Shown piece after piece: positions 40,740 through 51,389 of a DNA stretch of 64,000 nt. The translations under genes were made by a program, and so were the position numbers. This DNA comes from an uncultured Chloroflexia bacterium. GTDB lineage: Bacteria > Chloroflexota > Anaerolineae > CG2-30-64-16. Numbering within the stretch: position 1 is the first letter of the stretch; each line of letters opens with the position of its first letter. The stretch is from positions 128,001 to 192,000 of the forward strand of contig CAWEMM010000009.1 of assembly GCA_963810095.1 (NCBI GenBank). The letters run 5' to 3'. The notes beneath the pieces were generated by a model that made no database searches, had not been told where the DNA came from, and was given only the letters and a program-made list of their open reading frames with translations.

Positions 40740-41339
40740 ATGGAAGGCATCAACGTCGTCTGGGGTCTTATTGCCATTGCTGCAGGCATCTTCGTTTGCG
40801 TCTACGGCAACCTGCTCTTTCGCTTCGTCATCGCAGTGCTCGGCTTCATGATCGGCTTCTGGCTGGTCATGGCGCTCCTGCCCATGTCGAATGCCGCGCT
40901 CCAGGTCGTCCTCGCCATCATCGTCGGCGGCGCGTTCGCAGGCATCCTCTACAGCCTGTTCCGGCTGGCGCTGCACATCGCCGGCGCGCTGCTCGGCGCG
41001 GTCCTGGTGATGGTCGTCCTGGCCTTAATCGGCTGGGTCGGCGGGGGGAACTTCGGCGTCTTCAGCTGGATCCTCGTCATCGCGGGCGCTGCGGTCCTCG
41101 GGTTCTTCGGGAACCGGCTGGGCAACGCGATCATTCCTCTCGCCACGTCCCTCGCAGGCGCTGCGGCGGTCGTCGGCGGCATCAGCCGCCTCTTCATGGC
41201 GAACCTGGGCGTGGACACTGCCGACCCGATCAAGGTCATGTCGAACGGTTTTGCCTTCGTCCTGTTCCTGATCATCGCGATCATCAGCACGCTCGCGCAG
41301 TTCCAGATCGCCGACCTGCGCCGGCGGCTGTTGCGCTGA
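40740..41339 (+). CDS. DUF4203 membrane protein
   Basis: VCVYGNLLFR...GFMIG, LATSLAGA; paralog of 25294-25947. Confidence 0.8.
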   Translation: MEGINVVWGLIAIAAGIFVCVYGNLLFRFVIAVLGFMIGFWLVMALLPMSNAALQVVLAIIVGGAFAGILYSLFRLALHIAGALLGAVLVMVVLALIGWVGGGNFGVFSWILVIAGAAVLGFFGNRLGNAIIPLATSLAGAAAVVGGISRLFMANLGVDTADPIKVMSNGFAFVLFLIIAIISTLAQFQIADLRRRLLR

Positions 41340-41447
41340 TGCCAGTCCGGCGGCCGTCGTCTCGCATTTCGTGGGCTACCCGGCGGAGTGTGTGAGGCGG
41401 CCAGGCGGGCCGGCTACCGTCAATCTAACACAACTTGGAGGTTGGGT

Positions 41448-41921
41448 ATGTCGAACCTGATAGTCATCACTTTCCCAAATGTGGACGACGCGGATAAGGC
41501 CCGCGAGGCCCTCAAGTCCCTGAGCGGCGAGGGCTTGGGCCGCATCGAAGATTCTGCCGTCATCGTCAAAGACGCCGAGGGCAAGGTGAAGGTGCACGGC
41601 CAGGCCTCGAGCGGCGCAAAAGGCGGCGCGGCGGTTGGTGGGCTGCTCGGGCTGGTCATCGCGGGCATTTTCCCGATCGCAGGGATCGTGCTCGGCGCAG
41701 CGGCCGGCGCCTTCATCGGCCGGTCGTTCACCGACCATGTGGACAAGAAGTTTGTCAAGGATGTCGAGCAAGCGATGGCTCCAGATTCGTCGGCGCTCTT
41801 CATTCTTGGCAAAGGCAGCCCGGATGCCGTGGCCGCGGCCTTGCGCCCCTTCGAGGGCACGCTGTACCACACCAATATGGACGAAGAGAAGGAACAGGTG
41901 CTGCGCGACGCCTTGAAGTAG
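41448..41921 (+). CDS. DUF1269 family protein
   Basis: MSNLIVITF, IEDSAVIVKDAEGKV, glycine zipper, PDSSALF. Confidence 0.85.
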   Translation: MSNLIVITFPNVDDADKAREALKSLSGEGLGRIEDSAVIVKDAEGKVKVHGQASSGAKGGAAVGGLLGLVIAGIFPIAGIVLGAAAGAFIGRSFTDHVDKKFVKDVEQAMAPDSSALFILGKGSPDAVAAALRPFEGTLYHTNMDEEKEQVLRDALK

Positions 41922-41936
41922 CCGGCGCTGCCTTTC

Positions 41937-41976
41937 ACGACAACACGGGCGGCCCAGCGGCCGCCCGTGTTGTCGT
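41937..41976. terminator. perfect 18-bp hairpin between convergent genes
   Basis: ACGACAACACGGGCGGCC-CAGC-GGCCGCCCGTGTTGTCGT. Confidence 0.6.
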
Positions 41977-42016
41977 TCCGTTACCCCGCGTGCGGATGTG
42001 AACCCGCCCGCACCCA

Positions 42017-43297
42017 CTATTGCGGCCCGGCCAGGACCTTCCGCCGTTCCCGCATCTCCGGCCCCTCCACCATCTCCTCGAGCGGACCTTGCGCCCCTGC
42101 AAGCCGGCGTGCATACCAGACCGATAAGGGCGTGGCCGACAGGCCGTGGGCCACCACGCTGAGCAGAATCGTCCAGGTGGCTGCGGTGATCAGGGTTTCG
42201 ACAGGCCGAGCGGCTTCCGTGAACATCTCGAACGCCATCAGGGTGAAAACGACGGAGGCGAGGCCGCGGGGGCCAAACCACCCCATGAGGCCGACCGTAT
42301 CACGGCGGAGGCGGGTGCCGACCAACGCGATCGCGACGGGAACCATGCGAATCACCGTGAGGCTGAGCACGGCGTAAACGACGGGCCGCCAACTGGTCGT
42401 GTTGGGGATCACCTTCGTGACCAGCACAGCGCCGAAGACGCCCCACACCAGGAGCGAGAGAAACGAGCCAAGCGTCTCGGTGAACTCGGTAGACTCGACG
42501 AGTTGGTCGCGGGTCGTGGCCCGGAATACGATGCCGCCCGCAAAGGCGGCGATGAAGCCGTTGCCGCCGATTGCAAGCGAGCCGAAGTAAGCGGCGAGCG
42601 CCAGGCCCAGGATGGCAAGCTGTTCGGAAACGCCGCTCGTCCATTCCCGCCGGGTCGCGTATGCCAGCAGCTTGCCGCCGGCGAATCCGACCACCACCGC
42701 CGCAACGAGGGCCAGCAGAATCTCGATCAGGGCGTGGCTGAGCCAGGCGCCCGACCCCTGGCTCTCGGTCGTCGCGGTTGCGAACGCAAGAAACAGCAGG
42801 ACGAACGGTGTGGCAATGCCATCGTTCAGCCCGCTCTCGATGTTCAGCGCGCGCCGGATGCGCACGGGCACCCGGGGATTGTTGAAGATCGGCAGCCCGA
42901 GTGCTGCATCGGTGGGCGCAAGGATCGCGCCCAGCAGGCAGGCGAAGGCCAAGCCCTCCTGGGGCATCAGGAGCAGCGCGGCGGCCGCGCCGGCGAAAAT
43001 CGTCAGCAGCAGGCCGGTCGTGAGCAGCCGTGCAGGCAGGCGAGCGTCGCCACTGACCTCCCGCAGCTTGAGGGTCGACGCGTCGGCGAAGAGCAAGAGC
43101 GCCAACGTGATTTCGGTCAGGGCCTTCATCGATTCCGTCTGGGGCGAGATGGGCAGCAGGTCGGTGACGCCGCTGCCGAGCACCACCCCGATTGCGACGA
43201 AGACCATTGGCATGGTGATGGACCAGCGGCCGAGCTTGTTCGCGAGCGCGGCGTAAAGGACGATCAGGGCAGCCAGCACGGCGAGGCCTGTAATCAC
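42017..43297 (-). CDS. cation:proton antiporter (CPA1/NhaP-like)
   Basis: LAPTDAALG, ESGLNDG and WFGPRGLAS motifs. Confidence 0.9.
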   Translation of the reverse strand: MITGLAVLAALIVLYAALANKLGRWSITMPMVFVAIGVVLGSGVTDLLPISPQTESMKALTEITLALLLFADASTLKLREVSGDARLPARLLTTGLLLTIFAGAAAALLLMPQEGLAFACLLGAILAPTDAALGLPIFNNPRVPVRIRRALNIESGLNDGIATPFVLLFLAFATATTESQGSGAWLSHALIEILLALVAAVVVGFAGGKLLAYATRREWTSGVSEQLAILGLALAAYFGSLAIGGNGFIAAFAGGIVFRATTRDQLVESTEFTETLGSFLSLLVWGVFGAVLVTKVIPNTTSWRPVVYAVLSLTVIRMVPVAIALVGTRLRRDTVGLMGWFGPRGLASVVFTLMAFEMFTEAARPVETLITAATWTILLSVVAHGLSATPLSVWYARRLAGAQGPLEEMVEGPEMRERRKVLAGPQ

Positions 43298-43483
43298 GGC
43301 GGCTCCTCCTCTTCGCAACACCAAAACGCAGGATTTTGAGGGAAACGATCACGAAGTGGGGCGCATTATAGCGCATTAGCCAACCGTGTGCACGGTGGAA
43401 GCAAACGCAGGCCCCGCGGGTGGTTCACCGAGGGGCCTGCGTGCCGCCGGATCTTCAGGTGGCAGAGCCGTGCTGCCTCGTGC

Positions 43484-44663
43484 TCAGTCCCGGCCCGTCT
43501 TCATGACGACCTTGAGGCAACCGTCCTCTTTATCGTTGAAGATCTTGTACATCTCCGGCGCCTCGTCCAACCGCGGCCGGTGCGTGATGATGAAGCTCGG
43601 GTCCAGCTTGCCCGTCTGGATCAGCTCCAGCAGCTTGGGGAAATACCGCTGCGGGTGCGACTGCCCCGTGCGCAGCGTGATCCCCCGGTTCATCAGCGAG
43701 CCCATCGGCACCTCGTTCACCAGCCCCATATAGTCGCCGATGATGGAAATGTTCCCCCCGCTCCGCACCGCCATGATCACCTCGCGGAGCGGCGTCGCCC
43801 GGTCCGGCATCAGGCGCGTCGCGGACGCCACCCGGTCCATCGCGGCGATCGGCCCGTGCCCCACCGACTCCATCCCCACCGCGTCGATGCACGCATCCGG
43901 CCCCCGGCCTGCGGTCAGGTCCATCAGCGCTTCCGCCAGGTCCGCGCCCTCAAAGTTCACCGGGATCACCCCCGAGTGGTCCATCGCGATCCGCAGGCGG
44001 TAGGGCTCCTTCTCGATCATCAGGATCGTCTCCGCGCCCATGTGCCGCGCGCTCGCGGCCGCGATCTGCCCGATCGGCCCGCCGCCCCAGATCGCCACCA
44101 CCGTCCCCGGCTTGATGTCGGCCATCTCCGCGGCCATCCAGCCGGTCGGGAACACGTCCGTCAGCAGGATCACTTGGTCGTCCGTCAATCCCTCCGGCAC
44201 CTTCTGCGGGTTCACGTCTGCGTAAGGCACACGCGCATACTCCGCCTGCCCGCCCGCAAACCCGCCCGTCAGGTGCGAGTAGCCGAACATGCCCGCGGTC
44301 GCATGGCCCCACGCCTTCTCCTGCATCCACGCGTTCGGGTTCGAGTTTTCGCACGCGCTCGAACAGCCCCGCCGCGCACGCATTGCACCGCCCGCACGCG
44401 ATTGGGAACGGCACGATCACCCGATCGCCCTTCCTGAGCTTCTTCACCGCGGGCCCGATCTCGACCACCTCGCCCATGAACTCGTGGCCGAGCACGTCGC
44501 CCTTCTCCACGCCCATCATATAGCCGTTATACAGGTGCAGATCCGACCCGCAGATACACGTCGAGCTGATCTTGACGATGCAGTCTTGCGCGTTGATGAT
44601 CTTCGGGTCCGGCACTGTCTCCACGCGCATGTCCTGCTTGCCCATCCAGACGGTCGCCTTCAT
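43484..44663 (-). CDS. zinc-dependent alcohol dehydrogenase (frameshift near 44365)
   Basis: ICGSDLH, LGHEFMG, ACGRC, GGQAEY, DVFPTG and GGGPIG motifs. Confidence 0.88.
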
Positions 44664-45382
44664 TGCTCCACCTCCTCCGTCCGCTCGCTGCGGGCGCGCT
44701 CGTCGCGCTTGACGCCGGTGGTGCCCATGCTGCTGCCCGGCCGCATCCTGTCGCCCTGGTAGTCTGTCGTGGTCCGCACGTTGCCCTCGAGGCCGCCGTC
44801 CGTCCGGATGTTGCCGGCATCTGGGATGTTGCCGGCATTTGGGATGCTACCGGCATCTCGGATGCCGGCCCCCTCGGGGATCTTGTCACTCGGCTGTGCC
44901 GGGTGCGGCTTTCCGTGGATCGACGCATCCGAGAAGAGCACCTCGCCGGTCTCCAGCACCTGCTTCAGGCTGCGCAGGTCGTCGTACACCTGCCGCTTCG
45001 GGTCCTCACCGAACAGCCCAGCCACCGCCTCGCCGAGCTTGCCGCCCGGCACCTCGTAAACCATCACCACGCGGACCTCGGTGCCCTGGTCGCGTGGGGC
45101 CTTCTTGAAGGTCACGCGGCCGCCATTGGGCACCGTCGCCTCGTCCACCGACTGCCACGCGATCATCTCGTTCGGCTGGTCCTCGACGATCTCCGCGTCC
45201 CACTCGACCGTGCCGCCGCCGAAGGGCGCCTTCGTGGCCCAGTGCGAATGCGTGTTGTCGATCACCCGCACGTCCTGCAGGTGCTGCATGAACTTCGGCA
45301 GGTTCCGGAAGTCGCGCCAGTAGGCGTACACCTCCTCGGGCGACTTGCGAATAGTTATCGCTCGCATCAACTGCATGGTCAT
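44660..45382 (-). CDS. SRPBCC / polyketide cyclase family protein
   Basis: VYAYWRDFRNLPKFM, EWDAEI and DLRSLKQVLETGE motifs; tail contains an 18-bp tandem repeat (44807-44870). Confidence 0.88.
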   Translation of the reverse strand: MTMQLMRAITIRKSPEEVYAYWRDFRNLPKFMQHLQDVRVIDNTHSHWATKAPFGGGTVEWDAEIVEDQPNEMIAWQSVDEATVPNGGRVTFKKAPRDQGTEVRVVMVYEVPGGKLGEAVAGLFGEDPKRQVYDDLRSLKQVLETGEVLFSDASIHGKPHPAQPSDKIPEGAGIRDAGSIPNAGNIPDAGNIRTDGGLEGNVRTTTDYQGDRMRPGSSMGTTGVKRDERARSERTEEVEQ

Positions 45383-45588
45383 ACTCCTCAACTCAAACTC
45401 GTCACTTAGCTAATCTGTATGTGGTGAATTCTCTACTGACTAATGCAACTATAAATGTGAACCCAGGTGAGGGCTGTAGGGCGTAGTCCCATGCGCGGCA
45501 GCGGGCTTGCCGTAGCGCCGGGGGCTCGTGGTATACTCCCCCTCCGTGGCGTGGGCCGGCGGAATGGCTGCCCGCGCGGGGAGTCTCT

Positions 45589-46407
45589 ATGCTTAACGTT
45601 CGCAAGTCCGCCCGTCCGCTTTGGCCCGATTTCGGCCCGTCGCAGGACTGGGCCAAGCCGTTCTTGCGGATCGGTCACGGTGGCGCCGCGGCGCACGCAC
45701 CCGCGAACACCCTCCGGTCGCTGAGCCTCGCACTGTCGATGGGCGCGGACGTGGTGGAGTTCGACGTGCGCCCGTGCCAGGACGGCCTCGTCTTGCTTCA
45801 CGACGAGACGCTTTCCGGGCCCGGCCGCGCACCCATCCTCGTCCGGGAATGCGCGCTGGAAGCGCTGCGTGCCGCGTGCCGGGAGGGAGACGAACCGCTC
45901 GCGGTGCTGGCCGATGCGCTGGACCTGGTGAAGGGCCGCGCGTTGATCAACCTGGACATGAAGGCCGAGGGCTGCGAGGAGGCCGTGCTCGAGCTGTTGC
46001 GGGCAAAGGGAATGCTGGGGGACACGCTGATCAGTTCGCTGATCCCCGACAGTCTTCGCCGTATCCGGGCGCTCGAGCCCGCAGCTTTGACCGGCTATTC
46101 CTACCCGGAGGACAAGCGGGGGGCGTCACAGAAGGGCTATCTGAAGCCGGTCGTTGGTGGCGCGGTGGCAACGATGCGCCGGGCACTGCCCTATCGCCTC
46201 CCGCGCATGATGGCGTACGCCCAGGCCAACGCCGTCATGCTCTACCACAAAGTCGTCTCGCCGGGCGCCGTGCGAGCGGTGCATCGCCGGGGCGGGAAGG
46301 TCTTTGTGTGGACGGTCGACGATGCGGCGCAGCTCGAGCGTTTCAGGAGCATGGGCGTAAACGGCGTAGCGAGCAACCATCCCGAGTTGTTCGGGGTGCG
46401 TGGATGA
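45589..46407 (+). CDS. glycerophosphodiester phosphodiesterase
   Basis: IGHGG...PANTL, VEFDV, LHD, NLDMK and VWTVD motifs. Confidence 0.85.
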   Translation: MLNVRKSARPLWPDFGPSQDWAKPFLRIGHGGAAAHAPANTLRSLSLALSMGADVVEFDVRPCQDGLVLLHDETLSGPGRAPILVRECALEALRAACREGDEPLAVLADALDLVKGRALINLDMKAEGCEEAVLELLRAKGMLGDTLISSLIPDSLRRIRALEPAALTGYSYPEDKRGASQKGYLKPVVGGAVATMRRALPYRLPRMMAYAQANAVMLYHKVVSPGAVRAVHRRGGKVFVWTVDDAAQLERFRSMGVNGVASNHPELFGVRG

Positions 46408-46417
46408 AGGTCCCACC

Positions 46418-46458
46418 CCCGCGGCCCGCTCCAACCGCCGGTTGGAGCGGGCCGCGGG
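46418..46458. terminator. perfect 19-bp hairpin between convergent genes
   Basis: CCCGCGGCCCGCTCCAACC-GCC-GGTTGGAGCGGGCCGCGGG. Confidence 0.6.
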
Positions 46459-46475
46459 AGCGAGCTGCGGTGCTG

Positions 46476-46760
46476 TCAGTACTGGCGGGTTTCCACGACC
46501 TGCGCGATCCGGGCCCGCGGGTTCGTCATGATACGCCCCTGCACCTGCGCCCACACCTGGCGCATCGCCTCCAGGAGCCCGCCGGCTTCGCTCTCCGTCG
46601 CGAACTCCAGGTCAATACTGACGTGATTCGGATCGTCGACCGCTCGCGTAATCCAGTAGCGTTGCACCCCCGACCGGGCGCGACCCACGGGGTCGCTGTC
46701 GAAGGCATTCTTCCACCCGTCGAAGTCGGGCACAGGATGCTCGATGTGCAAGATGTACAT
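46476..46760 (-). CDS. small dimeric alpha/beta-barrel-like hypothetical protein
   Basis: HPVPDFDGWKNAFDSD...DDPN motif; co-operonic with the SnoaL-like gene. Confidence 0.75.
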   Translation of the reverse strand: MYILHIEHPVPDFDGWKNAFDSDPVGRARSGVQRYWITRAVDDPNHVSIDLEFATESEAGGLLEAMRQVWAQVQGRIMTNPRARIAQVVETRQY

Positions 46761-46765
46761 CGAGC

Positions 46766-47194
46766 CTATCCCCTGGCCGGCTCGCGCCGCCCCATCAGCC
46801 CCAACTGTTCCAACTGGGCGAACAGGTCGGGCACGCCCCAGTGTTCCACGATCTTCCCATCATGAACGCGCGCCAGGTCAAACACGTCGATCTCCATGGG
46901 CTTGCCCGTCGGCGGGAAGGGGCCGAGTGGTCCGCGGTGCGTTCCCCGGGCCGTGAAGTGGCACCAGACGAGTTCGCCGTCGACGGTCGCATGCCGGTGC
47001 GTCACGCTGAAGTCGGGGAAGGCAGCGTGCAGCATGCGGATGCACTCCTTGGTTCCTTCCCGGTTGCGCGGCTGGATGTTGTATTGGTGCTCGATGAAAT
47101 CGGCCGCGACCAAGTCGTCGATCACCTGTAAGTTGCCTTGTCCGAATCCTTCGTCAATCACCTGCCAGAGCACTGCCTTCCGTTCGTCGTCCAT
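46766..47194 (-). CDS. SnoaL-like ester cyclase
   Basis: AFPDF, RGTHRG, PPTGK and GKIVEHW motifs. Confidence 0.88.
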   Translation of the reverse strand: MDDERKAVLWQVIDEGFGQGNLQVIDDLVAADFIEHQYNIQPRNREGTKECIRMLHAAFPDFSVTHRHATVDGELVWCHFTARGTHRGPLGPFPPTGKPMEIDVFDLARVHDGKIVEHWGVPDLFAQLEQLGLMGRREPARG

Positions 47195-47348
47195 TTGAAC
47201 TCTCCTTGTATGAGATTCGATCTATGGAGCAGAATACCAGCCGAACGGCAGCCTTTCATCGGCGGCAGTACTCACATTTTCGGATGCCTCGCCCTTACAC
47301 GACCGGGGTTTTGCTGGGCGCACCTGGTATCTGATCTGAAATGGGACG

Positions 47349-47450
47349 CTGATGCAATTGATTGAACTGATCCGCACTGTCCGTTGGGTAAAGATCTTGA
47401 TAATCAGTCGAATCCGTTCAATCAGTGTCCCATCTCATCCCGCGTTGTCC
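47349..47450. repeat. dispersed palindromic repeat family B, copy 2
   Basis: Reverse complement of 8737-8839. Confidence 0.75.
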
Positions 47451-47465
47451 GGCAGCGCGGGGTCA

Positions 47466-47573
47466 GTATCTATCCGAGAATTCGCTGGGGCCGATCTCTG
47501 ACCGTGCCCCGTCTGGCCCGGGCGCCAACGAAGCTGGCGTACGAGCCCGGCCAGAGCATTTTCGGATAGATTC
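47466..47573 (-). mobile_element. MITE-like element A, copy 2 (108 bp, inverted)
   Basis: GTATCTATCCG...CGGATAGATTC, flanked by TCA and TTA. Confidence 0.8.
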
Positions 47574-47606
47574 TTATCGCCCGCGGGGGTTGAAGGCAGG
47601 AATGGG

Positions 47607-50596
47607 CTAGTCCGGTCCGAGGTTTTCGACCACCCACGCGGCGAGCTGGACCCGGGAGGCCAGCCCCAGCTTAGCGAGGATATTCGCCACGTGCCGCTCC
47701 GCGGTGCGCTCTGAGATGACCAGCCGTTCCCCGATCTCGCGGTTCGAGCTCCCTTGCGCCACCAGTCTGGCGACACTGCGCTCGCGCCGGGTCAGGCCGT
47801 GGTGCGCCAGCGAATCGGCGCGGCGCGGCGTCGGCGGGGGAGGGCTGGGTAAGGTGGCAAACGCGCTGGCCGCGAACGCCTGCACGCCGAGCCCCTGCAG
47901 GCAGGCTGCTTGCCAGCTCTTCGACCAGCGCCCGGGCACGCGCGAACTCAGCCTGCGCGGTCTTCCGCTGCTTCGCATATCAGCCGCAGCCTGCCCAACT
48001 CGGCGTGTGCGCGCCACAACAGCCCTCGCCGGCCCTGGGATCGCGCACCGTCCACCGCGGCATCCAGCGCGCGCGCCGCGTCGTCCGTTCGCCCAAGCAT
48101 TGCGTAGACCCGCCCGAGCAGCAGCGCGAGTCGCGGCACGGCGGCCAGGCCCAGGCTTTCAAGATGAGGGGTCGAAACCAGCAGGGCCTCGAGCGTCGCC
48201 AGCGCCTCCTGGGCCTGGCCGGCCGCCAGCTCGATCTCGGCGCGCACGCACAGTGTTTCCCGCTCGATCCTGCCGCCGGCCCGGGTTGCACCGGTCAAGA
48301 GCCCGCCCACCAGTCGTTCCGCCTCCGCAAGATCGTCCGCCCGGCTTCGAGCCACCAGCGCCTGGCAAAGCGCTGCGGCCGCGATATCGCCAAAGAAGCG
48401 CGCCCCCGCCTGTTGAGCCTGGTCCCATGCGCTGCGCAGCCGGTCGACTGCTTCGTCGTAGGCCATCAACTCGATCAGGATGGCGGCGATCATCCGCTCG
48501 GACGCGCCGATGCCTGCAACGTGTTCGAGTCGCCGTGCAAGACGGAGGCTGTCGTCGAGGTAGGCCAGTCCGCGCCCGTACTCCCCCAGAAGCCCGTAGA
48601 AGCCGCCCAACAGCCCCAGCGCCTGGGCCTCGCCGCCCAGCCAACCCATCGTCCGCGCAAGCCCGAGCGCTTCCTCGCCGAGGCCCGCCAGCCGTTCGGC
48701 TTCCAGGGGGGGACCTACCTCCGTTTCAAATCGAAGCGGCAGCAATAGGTGAATCGCAGCGTGGAAGACCACGGATCGCTCGTCCGCAGTTCGGGCGAGG
48801 GTCAGCGCTTGTTCCTCGCAGGCCGCGCCGGCCAGCACATCGGGCAGGTTGTAGTAGCAGACGCCCATGAGCTCCAGGGTGCCGGCCTGCCCGGCCGGAT
48901 TGCGGGCGGATGCGAACGCGGCCAGCGCGGCCTCGTGGTACGGCAGGGCGCGATCAGGCTCGTCCAGGTTCAAGTGAACGTTGCCGATGCGATTCAGCGT
49001 TTCGGCCTGCGCAAGCGGGTCTTCCAGGGCCTCCGCCGCGTCGAGCGCGCGCTCGAACCAGGCGAGGCTCCGCGCGTAATCGCGTGCCGACCAGAGGTAA
49101 CCCAGTTTGAGGAGCGCCCGCCACACCTCGCGCCGGTGGCCCGTTTGCTCGGCGGCCTGCAGCGCGGCCGACAGGTCCCCCTCGGCGGCTGCGAACTCGC
49201 CGACCCGCTCGAACAGTTCCGCCCTGGCCAGCAGAAGGTCGGGCGGAGGTTTCTGCTTCAGCTGAAGGGCGCAATCCAGCGCGCGCGTGTATTCGGCCAG
49301 CGCCTCACGGGTCGCGTCGAGCCGCTGCGCCTGTTCGCCCGCCAACCTGGCCAGCGGGAGAGCCCGCTCCCACTCGCCAGCCGCGTAATAGTGGTAGGCC
49401 AACTCGGCCAGCGGGGCAGACTCCGTGCTGTGGATCTGTTCGAGCGCACGGGCGACCTGCCCGTGCAGGCTGCGGCGCTCGCGGCCGAGCAGCTCGGCCC
49501 GCGCTGCCTCCTGCAGCAGTGGGTGGCGGAAAGTAAAGGCATCCGGCCGCTCTTCGACGATGAAGCCGGCGGCCACCAACTCCTTCAAGCGGGCGACCAA
49601 CTCGTTTTCGGGGAGCCCGGCAATGGCGGCCACGAGTTCGAAGCCAAAGTCGCGGCCCGCGATCGCGGCTGCCTGCAGCAGCCGTTTTGCCTCCGGCGTC
49701 AGCTCGGCCCCGCGCCTCTGCACGGCATCCTGTATGCTCTTGGGCACCCGCAGTTCGCGTGCCAGCTTGCGCGTCCAGACCCCGTTCGCCAGGTAGACGG
49801 CGCCCGCGCGCGCCATGTCTGCCGCCAGTTCTTCGACGTAGAACGGATTGCCGGCCGAGAAGGCTGCCACCGCGTCCACCACGTCCGAACCTACGGGTGC
49901 ACCGCCGAAGCAGAGTTCCAGGAGCGCCGCGATTTCGCCGCGTGCGAGCGGCTCGAGCACGATCCACTGTGTGAGCTGCGCCCGCCGCAGCGTCAGAACG
50001 AGGTCTGCCAGGGGCGCCGGGAGCTCGCTGGCTCGGTAAGTAGCTATGACGAACGCCCTGTGGCCCTCCAGGTGCCGCACGAGGAACCGGACGAACGCCA
50101 GTGTGCCCTCGTCGCTCCAGTGAAGATCTTCGAAGACGAGCAGGAGGGGTTGCCGGGCTGCAAGATCGAACACTAGCTCCGCAGCAGCCTCAAACAGCCG
50201 GCGCTGCCTGGCCGCCGGATCATCGCCGTCGCCGCGGGTTTGTTCCGGGCGCACGTCGGCAAGGCCCGAAACCAGCGTGCCGAGGCTGCCGGCGTGCCGG
50301 GCGAAGAGTGGGGCTTCGTCGGGAGAGGCGGCCGCCAGAAGGCGGTTGAGGGCGCCCTGCAGCGGCGCAAATGGAATGGAGCGGTCCTCTTCATAGCACC
50401 GGCCCTCGAGTACGTAGCCCTCGAACTCTGCCCGCAGCTCTGCCACCAGCCGCGTCTTCCCGATGCCGGCCTCGCCTTCGATCAGCACACAGCCGCCCGC
50501 ACCGCGCGCGGCTTCGTCCGCTGCCTGGCTCAGCCGCTGCAATTCATCGGCCCGGCCAATCAGCCGGCGCGATCTCCTCGAATCGTTCACTGTCAT
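47607..50596 (-). CDS. AAA_16 ATPase-TPR-LuxR transcriptional regulator (frameshift near 47900-47950)
   Basis: [27 protein letters not shown]; LuxR HTH LTRRE...SNREIG...TAERHV in another frame. Confidence 0.88.
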
Positions 50597-50741
50597 ATCT
50601 CTGCCCGCGCATCTACGCTATGCTGCTCTACTGGCTGCTAATGTAAGGAATGTTGCAGTACGGGGATCACGCTGACGCGTTCATGGTGCGGGCGGCGCTG
50701 AGGAAGGCGGACGGATCGGCCAGGCCCGACCTTGGAACGGG

Positions 50742-51341
50742 TTATCCTGGCTCCGGACCCTGGCGATCGAGGTACTCGTATCCGTAGCGGCCATCGTCCC
50801 CCAACTCCAGGTCTTCGAGCGGGGAAAACTCGTCCCGGTACAACTCGAGCAGCCCCGCAAGCCGGGCGCGGTCCGCCATTCCGGCCGCTTGCGCCTCCAC
50901 CGGCTCGTGCGGCCGCTCGCCCGCGACCTGGGCTAAATACGTTCGGATTGCCCTGCCGGTATAGGGGTCGACGGGCAACTGCAGCGCAGCGTCTCCCGTA
51001 ACCCAGACGTACTCTTCCGCTTCGTCGTTCAGCCGCACCTCGCCGCCCTCCGTGCGGCACGCATAGTCGAAGAAGATGAAATGGCCGGGCCGCCAAAATG
51101 CGGGGTCGAAGATGAATTCCTGGGTGAGCAGCAGGTGGACGTCGTAAATCGTCAGCCCGGTCTCCTCCATAACTTCCCGGTGCAGGGCGGCTTCGAGCGT
51201 TTCGCCCAACTCGACGTGGCCGCCGGGCACGACGTAGCGGCCGCCCCATTTGTGTGAGCGTAGCAGCAACATGCGGCCGGCAGGATCGACGATGAGTGCG
51301 CCGACCGTCGCTTCGGGGTACCTCTGCGCGGGTTTCATCAT
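50742..51341 (-). CDS. NUDIX hydrolase
   Basis: Nudix box GGHVELGETLEAALHREVMEETGL. Confidence 0.9.
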   Translation of the reverse strand: MMKPAQRYPEATVGALIVDPAGRMLLLRSHKWGGRYVVPGGHVELGETLEAALHREVMEETGLTIYDVHLLLTQEFIFDPAFWRPGHFIFFDYACRTEGGEVRLNDEAEEYVWVTGDAALQLPVDPYTGRAIRTYLAQVAGERPHEPVEAQAAGMADRARLAGLLELYRDEFSPLEDLELGDDGRYGYEYLDRQGPEPG

Positions 51342-51389
51342 TTCAGCTCCAGTTTGATGTGGCGCCGGCCGGCGGTCTACGCCGGGTGC

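Noticed and set aside
44807-44870. 18-bp tandem repeat (also the 15-bp repeat at 27541-27626 and the 9-bp repeat at 16043-16078) considered as a CRISPR-like array
   Set aside because: The units are contiguous and in-frame, encode low-complexity linkers, and have no spacers or cas genes.
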